In this document: positions 38,123 through 47,923 of the stretch, in pieces
Layout of the letters: each line of letters opens with the position of its first letter
Numbering within the stretch: the stretch's first letter is position 1
IMG/VR virus record: IMGVR_UViG_3300025137_000048
Coordinates: 1 to 54,246 of that record
Reading direction: 5' to 3' (one strand)
Origin: a virus
Taxonomy: Duplodnaviria; Caudoviricetes
DNA: 54,246 bases
The notes under the pieces: model-generated
Databases searched by the model: none
What the model was told of the DNA's origin: nothing
Seen by the model: the letters and a program-made list of their open reading frames with translations, nothing else
Program-made: the position numbers and the translations under genes

Positions 38123-39028
38123 TTATCCTAACGCAACCGCTTGAGCAATTGCGAAGGCATTTGTCGCTAATCCAACACCACCTTGCGTGATGGTACCTGC
38201 TTCAATAGTACCAGTTGTTGTTAGATTTTCATTACTAAAATTAATTGTTCCTGAACTGTCTGTAATTGATCCACCTGTTATAGTTAATATTGCAGAACCT
38301 GTTGTATCAGCAAAACTTGTTGATGATGTTCTTGCAAGATTACCCATGTGGGCATGTGAAGAACATTGATAATATAATCTTTGAGGTGTTGCTGTTGATA
38401 CAACAATCTGTGTGTATGCACCTGAACTACCTGGTGTACCATTTGTTGTAACACCTGTTGAGTATATTGTATTTTTTGCAGCGTCTAAATAAAATCTTAT
38501 TGGGTGACCACTATTAGAACCATCTGCTTGATTAAATCTGTATGTATTACCAGGTTCAAATTGTATAAATGGTGCCTCGATACCATCTATTTTATATCCA
38601 TTACTTGATCCTGTACCTTGGTATATGTGATTAGTTGTTTTGCTTGCAACAGTTGTAACTAATTCTGTGTATGCATTTGAACCATCAGCGTTATGTTGAG
38701 CACCTAGTACATCAGCATATACGTTTGTTGATATGTCACTTGCAAGTGTTAATGTTAATGTATCTGTTGCACTAACAGCAGCACTAACACCAGTAGAACC
38801 TGTAACTGTTAAAGTATTACCTGTTACAATTGTCTGAGAAGTAGAACCATCTGATAAAGTAAAACCAGTACCAGTAACACTTGTATTGATCTCATTGATC
38901 GCAAGTATGATAGAACCCTTTGCTGTTGTAGATAAAGATGATAGATCACCTACGTCTGTACCTAACGAGTTAAAGGTCGTTCTAAAAGTTTCTAAACTTT
39001 CTGTACTTGCTACGTTTCTAACTGCCAT
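38123..39028 (-). CDS. Virion/fibre protein with cupredoxin-like domain
   Basis: GNTYRFNQADGSNSGHPIRF...LYYQCSSHAHMG; C-terminal AFAIAQAVALG. Confidence 0.65.
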   Translation of the reverse strand: MAVRNVASTESLETFRTTFNSLGTDVGDLSSLSTTAKGSIILAINEINTSVTGTGFTLSDGSTSQTIVTGNTLTVTGSTGVSAAVSATDTLTLTLASDISTNVYADVLGAQHNADGSNAYTELVTTVASKTTNHIYQGTGSSNGYKIDGIEAPFIQFEPGNTYRFNQADGSNSGHPIRFYLDAAKNTIYSTGVTTNGTPGSSGAYTQIVVSTATPQRLYYQCSSHAHMGNLARTSSTSFADTTGSAILTITGGSITDSSGTINFSNENLTTTGTIEAGTITQGGVGLATNAFAIAQAVALG

Positions 39029-39239
39029 TTGTTACCTTAAGTATTAATTCTTTTATTTCTTTTAATTCTGTTTTTAATATATTTATTTCTCTTACAGCAG
39101 ATTTTAAATTATCTTCACTTTGTCTTGCTGATTTAACTCTTGACATATAAAGAAGATAAGCGCTTCTGTCTGAATTAACCACAGCATGTGTTCTTGTATC
39201 TTTAACATAACTTCTATTTTGTTCTACTGTTCTTTTCAT
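39018..39239 (-). CDS. Small coiled-coil hypothetical protein
   Basis: 73 aa, VKDTRTHAVVNSD...EINILKTELKEIKELI; coupled to both neighbours. Confidence 0.65.
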   Translation of the reverse strand: MKRTVEQNRSYVKDTRTHAVVNSDRSAYLLYMSRVKSARQSEDNLKSAVREINILKTELKEIKELILKVTNGS

Positions 39240-40825
39240 TATGTTGCCAATGCGATTGCTCGTAAGTCTGTTATTCTTGGTGGGTATGCTGGATTTGAAC
39301 CAGTCATTACAATCTTAATTGCAAAAGATGTAAACTCACCTAAATCACTTGCTGTAAATTTTTGTTCGCTATAACTTACAGTATAATCTGGACTGTAAGG
39401 TGTTTGTGAACGACTTTCTGAAAATAAGACACCATCGTCTGCTAAACCAGTTGTATTGAAAAATTCATAAGGTATTTCATCAAAAGGTCTACTGTCATCA
39501 ACAAGTCTAATTTTATGAAGAACTTTAATAGCAGAGGTAGGAAAATTATTTGCACTAATTCTTACATCTAATGCTGTTGCTGGATTGTCTAGTAAAATTT
39601 CTTTTGTTAGATATTTTGAATTTGAACTACCACCTGTTGGTTCTGTTTCTGCTTGAAATCCTGTAGTGTTTGAAGAACTTGGATTATCAAGTCTATTTGT
39701 AATAGCAATTAAATTTGTTCTTGCAGTATCAACAACAGGTGATGTATTTTGATTTCCTGTTGACATTTCAATTTTATAAGTTAATGTTTTATTACCAGCA
39801 AAATTTGTTGTTTCATTAATAGGTGAAGCAACTTGTTGTTGTGTTGTGAAATAAAAATTATCATTTGGTGTAATTTCTTTTTCTGTTTGAGCAGTATATG
39901 AAGTTTCTGCACCATGAATAGAACGTTTAGATGTTGTTGTAATTTTGTGTATTACTGTAGCGTCTTCTGGGTGCATATATCCAATCTGAGGTTGTAATAC
40001 TTCAAATGCGACATTTTGCGTAGCAGTTACAGCACTACCACCAATACTACCTGTTGATGTTGCGGTGTCACTCGCTAGAGTAATTGTATAACTATCTAAA
40101 GTAACATTACCAATATCGTGTGTACCATTAATATTACTTCCAGTAATACCATTATATTCTGTTCCATCTACCAATCCTGCAATAGTAACTTTATCTGGTT
40201 TATCACCAGACATACCATGATTATCATGATTAACTTTTATAATTTTTGGATTGTCTCCAAATACTGTACCAGAACCTGCAGTTGCATTTACCTCAATAGG
40301 ATTATTATCTAAAGTATCAGCAGATACAGCACTATTATTAAAAGTAACTGTTCCTGAAGTAAATTTTGTAAACTTTGCTTTTTTTAATGAAAATTTTAAA
40401 TCTTGTAAAGGGGATTCTTGTTGACCTCCAATGTTTTGTGATTTAAATAAAGCACCTACAGCAGGTTGTTCTGAAACTCGTCTTGTTGTGCCTATAATAT
40501 TTTGTCCTAATTCAGAAATATATGTGACATATTTTGTGCTGTTTGAAAAAAGAGTTAATGCATATGTTTGACCACCTTTAAGAAATACAGGTGAATCAAA
40601 TGTAAAAGTAGTTGCTGATGAAGCGTCAGTTGATGTATTAACATCAGCAGCAGCTTTAGTAACTACACTAAATGGTATTATTTTAGAACCAGGTCTACTT
40701 CTAAATGTTTCTAATACTCCAATAGTAATAGGTTGTATTGAATCTTTAGCACTAAAGTACAAATCCAGTGATGTGACAAAACACCCTTCAGCAGTATTAT
40801 TTACAAATGTTTGTGCAATAGCCAT
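39239..40825 (-). CDS. VrlC-like virion protein, C-terminal part encoded as a separate gene
   Basis: Begins AIAQTF...CFVTSLDLYFSAKD, contains TTFTFDSPVFL and GALFKSQN...QDLKF, ends PPRITDLRAIALA; recognised as the C-terminal third of VrlC/DUF4815-type proteins; has its own AAAGGA RBS. Confidence 0.75.
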   Translation of the reverse strand: MAIAQTFVNNTAEGCFVTSLDLYFSAKDSIQPITIGVLETFRSRPGSKIIPFSVVTKAAADVNTSTDASSATTFTFDSPVFLKGGQTYALTLFSNSTKYVTYISELGQNIIGTTRRVSEQPAVGALFKSQNIGGQQESPLQDLKFSLKKAKFTKFTSGTVTFNNSAVSADTLDNNPIEVNATAGSGTVFGDNPKIIKVNHDNHGMSGDKPDKVTIAGLVDGTEYNGITGSNINGTHDIGNVTLDSYTITLASDTATSTGSIGGSAVTATQNVAFEVLQPQIGYMHPEDATVIHKITTTSKRSIHGAETSYTAQTEKEITPNDNFYFTTQQQVASPINETTNFAGNKTLTYKIEMSTGNQNTSPVVDTARTNLIAITNRLDNPSSSNTTGFQAETEPTGGSSNSKYLTKEILLDNPATALDVRISANNFPTSAIKVLHKIRLVDDSRPFDEIPYEFFNTTGLADDGVLFSESRSQTPYSPDYTVSYSEQKFTASDLGEFTSFAIKIVMTGSNPAYPPRITDLRAIALAT

Positions 40826-40826
40826 C

Positions 40827-41303
40827 TTAGTTTCCTTTATTTACTCCGTGTTGTAAATCCCATTGTTCATCATCTTGAAAACACTCTAGGTCTTTTACAT
40901 TATTGTTTAAGTCATTAATAAATGTAGTAACATTACTTTCTGTTTTTTTAAAGCCATGATATTTTTCATATCTTTTATGTAAAGCCTCTTTAGCAGTAAC
41001 GGTATACATTAATTTTTTTCCTTTTTCTTTTGCCATTTCAATTACACTATCAATACATAATTGTAAAGCTTTGTGTGATTTAATGTGACTTATATTTTTA
41101 TCAATCACAGTCCACTCCATAATACAAAATTTTGTTGTGGGGTCTGAGTACAATCCTGTAAAACATATTGGTTTATTATCATTTTCTACTATAATTCCAT
41201 CTTTAGGTAAACAATCTTTTGGCACAATACCAAACTCCCAATCGTTCCACCATTTAACCAATGTTTCATAATCATTATCTCTGTCCCATAGTCTTGCTTT
41301 CAT
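40827..41303 (-). CDS. GNAT-like (putative acyltransferase-fold) protein
   Basis: 158 aa; DYETLVKWW, GIIVENDNKPICFTGLY, CIDSVIEMAKEKGKKLMYT and LHKRYEKYHGF resemble GNAT motifs. Confidence 0.55.
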   Translation of the reverse strand: MKARLWDRDNDYETLVKWWNDWEFGIVPKDCLPKDGIIVENDNKPICFTGLYSDPTTKFCIMEWTVIDKNISHIKSHKALQLCIDSVIEMAKEKGKKLMYTVTAKEALHKRYEKYHGFKKTESNVTTFINDLNNNVKDLECFQDDEQWDLQHGVNKGN

Positions 41304-44300
41304 TATTTAAATACTCCTCAGTTCCTTCAATGTGTACATTTTTTTCCCAATTATCAAAATATTTATCTCCCATTGTTTCTAACATTTTTTGTCCATCTAC
41401 TTCAAAATAATCTGTGAACAATGTATCACCAATTTTTATTCTTCTATTTTGACTACCAAATACATAAACTACATGGTCATCATCACCTAGTGATTTACCA
41501 TGTTTAGAATTTTCTACTCTTACCCAATTATCATCTTCGTTAACCATGTGTGACCCTGCAACCTTAATACCTTTATAATCATAAAGATTATCTATTAAGA
41601 ATTTACCTGTTGCAAATACAAATCCACCAACAGCAACATTATCTTGTAAATCAATTTGTTCTATTGGTTTTGTTGAACCATCCGCCATAGTTACTAAAGT
41701 ACCTGGTAAGAAACAACCACTATTTTTATTATGAGCACCAGTATTTGGTGATGTATCATAACTTACCCACGGTGGAACTTTAGCAGCTTCTTCTCTATTT
41801 TTCAATTGTGCCATATTTCTTACTCTGCTATCATCAGGATCTGGATCAGCATAATCTGGTATACCGTCTCTATCTCTATCTGACGGTTCATCATTATTTC
41901 CACCACGATTGTGATTAGAACTAGAACCAGAACCACTATAATATGTAACTGAATCTGTAACTTCTCTTAAAGAAGTTTCGTCAAGTAATTTTGTTTCTAC
42001 AACATCTGGTACTCTTGTCGCATAAACTGTTTCTTGTTCAGTTACTAATAAACCTTGTGCTCTGTATTTTGCTGAAGCAAATGATTCATTATATTCACCT
42101 GTTCTAAAGTTTGATTGTGAATCTGTAATTTTAAATACTCTTTCACCACATCTCCATTTAGGATTACCGCTTACTGATGGTTTAGGTATTGCAAAAGTTC
42201 CTGATAAAGAACCATTAGCATCTGCTACTAGTTGACCACCAAGTGAACCACCTGTTGGTGTGACATATGCATTAACATCTTGTTCTTCAAAATATGCAAA
42301 ATGATTAGATAATGGTTTTAAACCTGTAACTGTAAATGTAATTGTTTTGGCACGAATAAATGGAACGTATGATAAATCAACAAGCCTTTCACCAAAAGAT
42401 TGATTAACTACTTGTGAAGTTAATTCTCTTTTTAAACCTGTTCTTGTACCAGTTCCTGTTCTACCACTTGTAGTTGTTTTTTGATTACCACTTGATGTTG
42501 ATTCTACAAATGTACCTGTCCAGTTATTTTGCCACTCATTCCAAGTTGATCCTATTCTATGTGAAGGATTAGGAATGTCTTTAATATTATTGTATAATAA
42601 ATCATTATTAACAACTAAGTCTGGTGAAGTTTTTGTATCTTTCCATTCATCAACCTCTGGTGTTAATTTCATGTTACCATAATATTTAAATACAGCAAAC
42701 GGATTAATATTCGTTGTTGTTGTTGCACCTAAATTAGATATGTGTTCAACCTCTGTGTAAGGTAATGTAATTAAATCTCCAGTTTTTTGATAACCTGCTG
42801 ATGTTCTTACAGTATCAGTTGTTGCAAGCTCTGTTAAACCTAATTGATCTGTGTGACATCTTGGTCTTACTACACCATCTTTTAAATCAATAGCACATTG
42901 ATAATCAGCACTTGTTGTATCACCAACATTATGACCCTTGAATGTATCTACTAAGAAACCATTTTTAAATCTATTGAATCCATTAGCGTCAACTATTTCT
43001 AAATTTAATGTTTCTTGTTCTAACAATGATAAACTTGTATAGTATTCTAAATTTTTAATACGACTTTCTAACTTACCAATATCTCTCATAGTATATCGTC
43101 TATTATCAATAGGTGTGATTGTTACATCACTAGTATTAAATGTATAAGCAGGTAATCGTAAATATGCAAGTAACATTGCAGTATCAATTATATCAGGTCG
43201 TTGAGGATCAACAGCAGGTGAACCTTTTGCCTGTTTAAATTGTCCCATTGTTGTTATATAAATTGCGTCTATTCTTGATAAGAAAAATTCAAAGTCTGCT
43301 CTAAAGTTTGTTCCTGGTTTTGGAATATCTACTGATACAGAACCTGTGTTGACAAAGTTTTTAGAACCAATAGTATCTTTTAAATTAAATCCTACAACAT
43401 CACTATCGTCAGCAACTCTAGGTCTAAAATCAATAGCGTCTCTTAATTGTATTGTTTTTTCTTTAACTGGTGAAAAGAATGATGGTATATCTTCGTAATC
43501 AATACCAGAATAACTATCTACTGAAAAATAATCACCAGTACCATGTGAGAAGAAATCAAAATTAATAAGTAATCGACCAGTTGGCGCTTGAGCACCTGGT
43601 TTTATTTTGATTGAACCTATATCATAAAAGTTATCTCTTTGTCCAGTATCTAAATTAAATCTATCTGTAATATCCACATGACTTGTTGTTGCAGCTGTAC
43701 TAAAATCTGGTGCCATAAAGACACTATTCAATGCAGATACATCAGCTTTACCTAAAGAGATAGAACTTGATTGTGCTAATGCTGCTGTTGCTACTGTTGT
43801 AGTAGAACTTGAATTTAATGTTTTTGCTTTTTCGCCAGCAACTGATCTTGTTATTGTTGCTATTAACTTAACTTGTGAACCACCATAGTTAGAACCTAAA
43901 TCAATTGTTAACTGTGTATTTGTTGAACCTCTTGTAAATATTGTTGCACCCTCATGACTGTTTCCAGATAATGTAGTTGTTTCACCAACAGCACCTGCTG
44001 ATGAACCTGCGGTTATATGCATTAATGCATAATCACCTGACGCCAAAGTATCAAAAGATTCGTTTGCACCAGTATTAAATATACCAATACCATCACCAGT
44101 AAGTGTTGCCACAAACTGTCTTCTTATAGTAAACGTAGTATCTGTTAATGCGTCATTATCAGCAGTCTTTAAAGTTTTGACTGTGCTTTCTGGCATATCA
44201 AAAACTAAAGTATTTTCATCTATGTTTTGTAATTTTGTTCTTCGTCTTTCTATTGGTGATGATGTTGTTACATCTAAAGAAAGAGTTGCTGTTGCTAGTG

Positions 44301-46488
44301 TTAAACTTGTATTACTAATAATTGCAGCAACAACACCTGTTAGTGTTTCACCTGTGTTATCTGTAAATACAATTGTATCACCAACAATAAGTTCCGTTGT
44401 AAATTTTGTTCCTAAACCAACAACAGCTGTATCAGTTTCAGCGATAGACATTGTACCAGATAATAATTTTTGTGATTCATCAAAGCCATCTACTGTATTA
44501 GATGTTAATACAGTATCAGCAGTAAATGTTGGTGTGCCTGCTTGATAAACTTGTTTGGTGTTTTTAAAATCGTAAGCTTGAACACTTTTGAACTGATTTG
44601 TGTCAGCAGAAATAACAGCAGTATTAGTTGATGTTCCTCCTGTAATAGTTTCTCCTGCAGCAAAAGTACCTTTTGTATTTGAAACAACAGCGATACCAGT
44701 TGATACTGTACCACCTGAAGTAAATGAACTAAATGATGAAGAATTTACAGCGATTGTAAATTGTGTTGTACTTGCTATAGTTGCTACTGTGAAAGTAGTA
44801 TCATTAATATTAGTCATACCACCAACACCAGTAAAGGTTACTCTTTGTCCTACTGATAATCCGTGAGTTGCACTTGTTGTTACTGTTAATGCACTAGAAC
44901 TTTTTGCTGCCGCAGAAAGTGTTTTTGATACAGAGGTACTTACACTTTCAACGATACCTGTTGCACCTGATGTGCCACCAGTTACTATCTCTCCTGTTGT
45001 AAGTGAGTGTGAGCTATTTGTTCTTAAATGTGTAAATGTGCTTATATTAAATAAACCTAATTTGTAAACTGAACTTGTATTAGAAGCAGAAGCACCAACT
45101 GTTCCAGATTTATATTCAAAAAATCTTGGAAGCGCTATACCAATATCATGTATGTCTGTACCTGCACCAGCATTTTGTGTACCTCTTGTTGCTGTTGCTT
45201 CTTTATATAATCTTACTTCTTTGTATGCTTCAGTTGAACCAGAAATTGTATCAACATCAGGTTGACCATAAATTTTTGTGACATCAACAAAGTTACCTAT
45301 TTGCATACCCACAGTAGTATTGTTTACTGTTTCAAAATCTCTAGCTTTATCTACTGTAACATATTTTGTAGCGATTGTTTCTAATTCATATCCTCCAACG
45401 TATGCCTTACCTACACCCATACCTACAGCCAATCTTGCTTTAGATTGAGCTTCTGTGTAATTAATTTCATATAACGGATTTGCTACTGTTCCGTATTTTA
45501 TTGAATCACCACGATATATACCACGACCAAATTTAGCTACCTCAGAAGCCTCTGAACTAAAATAGTGTTCTCTTATATCAATGTCAAAATTCTGTACAAC
45601 ATAGTTTCCTGATTCGTCAAAAGTTCTACGAGCAAGTGTATCTGCCAATAAATTATAATCTGTTTTAATAACTTTTTCTAAAACGTTACCATTATCAATT
45701 TTCATTAACTCTACAAAATTATCATCATCTGTGGCGTCTAATTCTTTTTTGGTAAGTGTTAATACAATTTTATGTCTGTGAGCACCAGGTGCATTTATAT
45801 TTGTTGATCCAGTTGCATTATCAGTTAATGTTGTATCAGCTTCTGGTGTGACAAAAGTTTCTGTTACTGTCCAACCAACCCTAAAGCTTGGATTAACAAA
45901 ATAAGGTTCGAGTATTAATGTTTGTGCTGAATTTTTTACGAAGAAACCATCTATGTAATATATACCTGCTTCAACATTAATAGCAGAACCAGTACCTATT
46001 GCTGTTGAATCAATAGGTAAAGTAACATTATCAGTTCCCACAGTTGCAGTTTCGCCACTATCACCTGTTAAGGATTCTCCAGCAACGAATCTGTTTATTG
46101 TACCTGTTGTTGCTGTTTTAGTATATTTAAGATATATTGTTGCAGCTTGTGTAGTAGAAGCTTCAGTTGCATTAAGAACTTCCGCTTGAACATTATTTGT
46201 GCCACCAGTAAATACTGTACCAATTAAAGCAGCTGCAGTTGATGTTGATAACGCTGAAAGTTTTGCAAAGTGATATCTATTAGTATAAGATAGTTCACCA
46301 GGAATAACTTGAGCGCCATCTTTAAACATATGGTCACCAAATCGTTTAACTTGGTTTTGTAATATGGATTGAAGTTGTGTTAACTCTCTTGCCTGTACAG
46401 CAAAAGCAGGTCTGAATAAAACTTTATGAAAATTCTTATCTTCAGAAAAATCATCAAAGTAAGGTGAGACGTTAAAATTTGTTGCCAT
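41275..46488 (-). CDS. VrlC-like (DUF4815) virion protein, N-terminal part, with C-terminal Hint domain
   Basis: TNFNVSPYFDDF...VLFRPAFAVQARELTQLQSILQNQV, LARRTFDESGNY, RRYTMRDIGKLESRIKNLEYYTSLSLLE and RFKNGFLVDTF; Hint starts at G|CFLPGTLVTMADG (Cys codon 41713-41715). Confidence 0.85.
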   Translation of the reverse strand: MATNFNVSPYFDDFSEDKNFHKVLFRPAFAVQARELTQLQSILQNQVKRFGDHMFKDGAQVIPGELSYTNRYHFAKLSALSTSTAAALIGTVFTGGTNNVQAEVLNATEASTTQAATIYLKYTKTATTGTINRFVAGESLTGDSGETATVGTDNVTLPIDSTAIGTGSAINVEAGIYYIDGFFVKNSAQTLILEPYFVNPSFRVGWTVTETFVTPEADTTLTDNATGSTNINAPGAHRHKIVLTLTKKELDATDDDNFVELMKIDNGNVLEKVIKTDYNLLADTLARRTFDESGNYVVQNFDIDIREHYFSSEASEVAKFGRGIYRGDSIKYGTVANPLYEINYTEAQSKARLAVGMGVGKAYVGGYELETIATKYVTVDKARDFETVNNTTVGMQIGNFVDVTKIYGQPDVDTISGSTEAYKEVRLYKEATATRGTQNAGAGTDIHDIGIALPRFFEYKSGTVGASASNTSSVYKLGLFNISTFTHLRTNSSHSLTTGEIVTGGTSGATGIVESVSTSVSKTLSAAAKSSSALTVTTSATHGLSVGQRVTFTGVGGMTNINDTTFTVATIASTTQFTIAVNSSSFSSFTSGGTVSTGIAVVSNTKGTFAAGETITGGTSTNTAVISADTNQFKSVQAYDFKNTKQVYQAGTPTFTADTVLTSNTVDGFDESQKLLSGTMSIAETDTAVVGLGTKFTTELIVGDTIVFTDNTGETLTGVVAAIISNTSLTLATATLSLDVTTSSPIERRRTKLQNIDENTLVFDMPESTVKTLKTADNDALTDTTFTIRRQFVATLTGDGIGIFNTGANESFDTLASGDYALMHITAGSSAGAVGETTTLSGNSHEGATIFTRGSTNTQLTIDLGSNYGGSQVKLIATITRSVAGEKAKTLNSSSTTTVATAALAQSSSISLGKADVSALNSVFMAPDFSTAATTSHVDITDRFNLDTGQRDNFYDIGSIKIKPGAQAPTGRLLINFDFFSHGTGDYFSVDSYSGIDYEDIPSFFSPVKEKTIQLRDAIDFRPRVADDSDVVGFNLKDTIGSKNFVNTGSVSVDIPKPGTNFRADFEFFLSRIDAIYITTMGQFKQAKGSPAVDPQRPDIIDTAMLLAYLRLPAYTFNTSDVTITPIDNRRYTMRDIGKLESRIKNLEYYTSLSLLEQETLNLEIVDANGFNRFKNGFLVDTFKGHNVGDTTSADYQCAIDLKDGVVRPRCHTDQLGLTELATTDTVRTSAGYQKTGDLITLPYTEVEHISNLGATTTTNINPFAVFKYYGNMKLTPEVDEWKDTKTSPDLVVNNDLLYNNIKDIPNPSHRIGSTWNEWQNNWTGTFVESTSSGNQKTTTSGRTGTGTRTGLKRELTSQVVNQSFGERLVDLSYVPFIRAKTITFTVTGLKPLSNHFAYFEEQDVNAYVTPTGGSLGGQLVADANGSLSGTFAIPKPSVSGNPKWRCGERVFKITDSQSNFRTGEYNESFASAKYRAQGLLVTEQETVYATRVPDVVETKLLDETSLREVTDSVTYYSGSGSSSNHNRGGNNDEPSDRDRDGIPDYADPDPDDSRVRNMAQLKNREEAAKVPPWVSYDTSPNTGAHNKNSGCFLPGTLVTMADGSTKPIEQIDLQDNVAVGGFVFATGKFLIDNLYDYKGIKVAGSHMVNEDDNWVRVENSKHGKSLGDDDHVVYVFGSQNRRIKIGDTLFTDYFEVDGQKMLETMGDKYFDNWEKNVHIEGTEEYLNNESKTMGQR

Positions 46489-46497
46489 CTATCTCTC

Positions 46498-47889
46498 CTA
46501 AAACTCTACGATTAACTTTATATTCTCCGTTTGATCTGTCGCTCTTGTAATTGGTTTTCTATTTTCAATATACAATATATCACCAGTATCGTGTGTTAAC
46601 TCTGGTGTAACGTCATGAGATGAAGGAGTACCTGTTGCACTTGAAGTAGCGCCTGAAACTGTATGTGTGCTTGTAAATGCTGTTGCATTACCATTAGCGT
46701 CAACACCTTGATCAGCAAATTGTGGTTGTATGTATCTTAATACTTTAGTAGTAGAATTAAAATCTACAACGAAACCTACAGCACCAGATGTTGCTTGTGT
46801 AATTTTTTCGTCTGCTTGAAATGCCCCTGGTGTGCCACTAAATGTTATTGACTTAGTTGCGTCTAAGGTTGAAGCAGTTGCTGCTGAACCTGTTGTACTG
46901 TCTGTTGGATTTCTTAACAATGCAATTCTTCTAAAATCGTTAGCAGTATTAAAGTCACCAGAACCTTCTGCTTGAGTTAAGTTTACATTTAACATTACAA
47001 AGAAACCACCTAACTCTGCGATTATATCTTTTGCGTGTCCACCCGGAGGTGAGATTATGAAATCAATATCAGAACCTGATACGTTTCCAAAGTCACTTGC
47101 CTTAATACTTGCAAAAGTATATCCTGAACCAGCAGTTGTAATTGTTACAGCTGTTACAGCGTTTGATGATACGACTACTGTTGCTTTACCACTTGAGCCA
47201 TCACCACGAATATCAACACCAGTGTATGTTCCGTTTGAACCACTTGTGCCACCAGCAGTTATCTTAACATGTTCTATTGCACCACCAGTTGTTGAGAAGT
47301 CTGAACTCTCTGTGGATAAATGCATAAAATCAGTTGATAAAAAGTTTGCTTGTTCTGAAGCAGTTAATGAATACATGTATTTCCATTTGTAACTATCACC
47401 TGTACTGAATACACTTGTTGATTTGTTACCTGATGGTTCTACTGTTGAGTTTGCTCCACCATTATTATCAATACATTTATATACATCAAAGGTACTATTC
47501 ATTACATAAAAAGTTGCGTCATATAAAGACGTTGCACCACTATCAGCAGATATTGTTGCGCCAGCACTATTGATATCTCCGTAGTCGTGTCTATAATAAT
47601 CGTAAACTGTACCAGTTGCCCAGTTTCTTCTAGGAATTGCTAGTGATACATCTGAATCAGCAATCTTTTTTGCTGACAAGAAATCATCATATGCATAGTA
47701 TTCAACTTGCCCCACATCATCTACTGGTGTAGGTGGTGAAGCGTCTGTTCCATCATTAAATGCTTGATCGTTTGCGAATGCTTGAGGTCTACCTATTGCA
47801 AGGTAATACTTATCAGCAGTCTCGCCAAAACTTTCTTCAAACTGTCTGGCGTTATGTACTCTAAAATCTTTTGTTATTATCGCTGGCAT
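46498..47889 (-). CDS. gp8: Baseplate wedge subunit
   Basis: IPRRNWATGTVYDYYRHDY, FYVMNSTFDVYKCIDN, YKWKYMY and GDILYIENRKPITRATDQTENIKLIVEF. Confidence 0.9.
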   Translation of the reverse strand: MPAIITKDFRVHNARQFEESFGETADKYYLAIGRPQAFANDQAFNDGTDASPPTPVDDVGQVEYYAYDDFLSAKKIADSDVSLAIPRRNWATGTVYDYYRHDYGDINSAGATISADSGATSLYDATFYVMNSTFDVYKCIDNNGGANSTVEPSGNKSTSVFSTGDSYKWKYMYSLTASEQANFLSTDFMHLSTESSDFSTTGGAIEHVKITAGGTSGSNGTYTGVDIRGDGSSGKATVVVSSNAVTAVTITTAGSGYTFASIKASDFGNVSGSDIDFIISPPGGHAKDIIAELGGFFVMLNVNLTQAEGSGDFNTANDFRRIALLRNPTDSTTGSAATASTLDATKSITFSGTPGAFQADEKITQATSGAVGFVVDFNSTTKVLRYIQPQFADQGVDANGNATAFTSTHTVSGATSSATGTPSSHDVTPELTHDTGDILYIENRKPITRATDQTENIKLIVEF

Positions 47890-47904
47890 GTTATCTCCTG
47901 AAAC

Positions 47905-47912
47905 TATTTATA
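47905..47912 (-). promoter_or_regulatory. T4 late promoter (TATAAATA) for gp8
   Basis: Exact consensus, intergenic. Confidence 0.8.
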
Positions 47913-47923
47913 CGTTCTACCTA

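Noticed and set aside
40825-41303. VrlC split as a sequencing frameshift or pseudogene
   Set aside because: A complete intervening ORF and a good RBS for the downstream part indicate a real, expressed arrangement.
41275-41715. Canonical splicing intein or homing endonuclease
   Set aside because: No terminal His-Asn followed by Cys/Ser/Thr, no LAGLIDADG/HNH domain and no in-frame C-extein.
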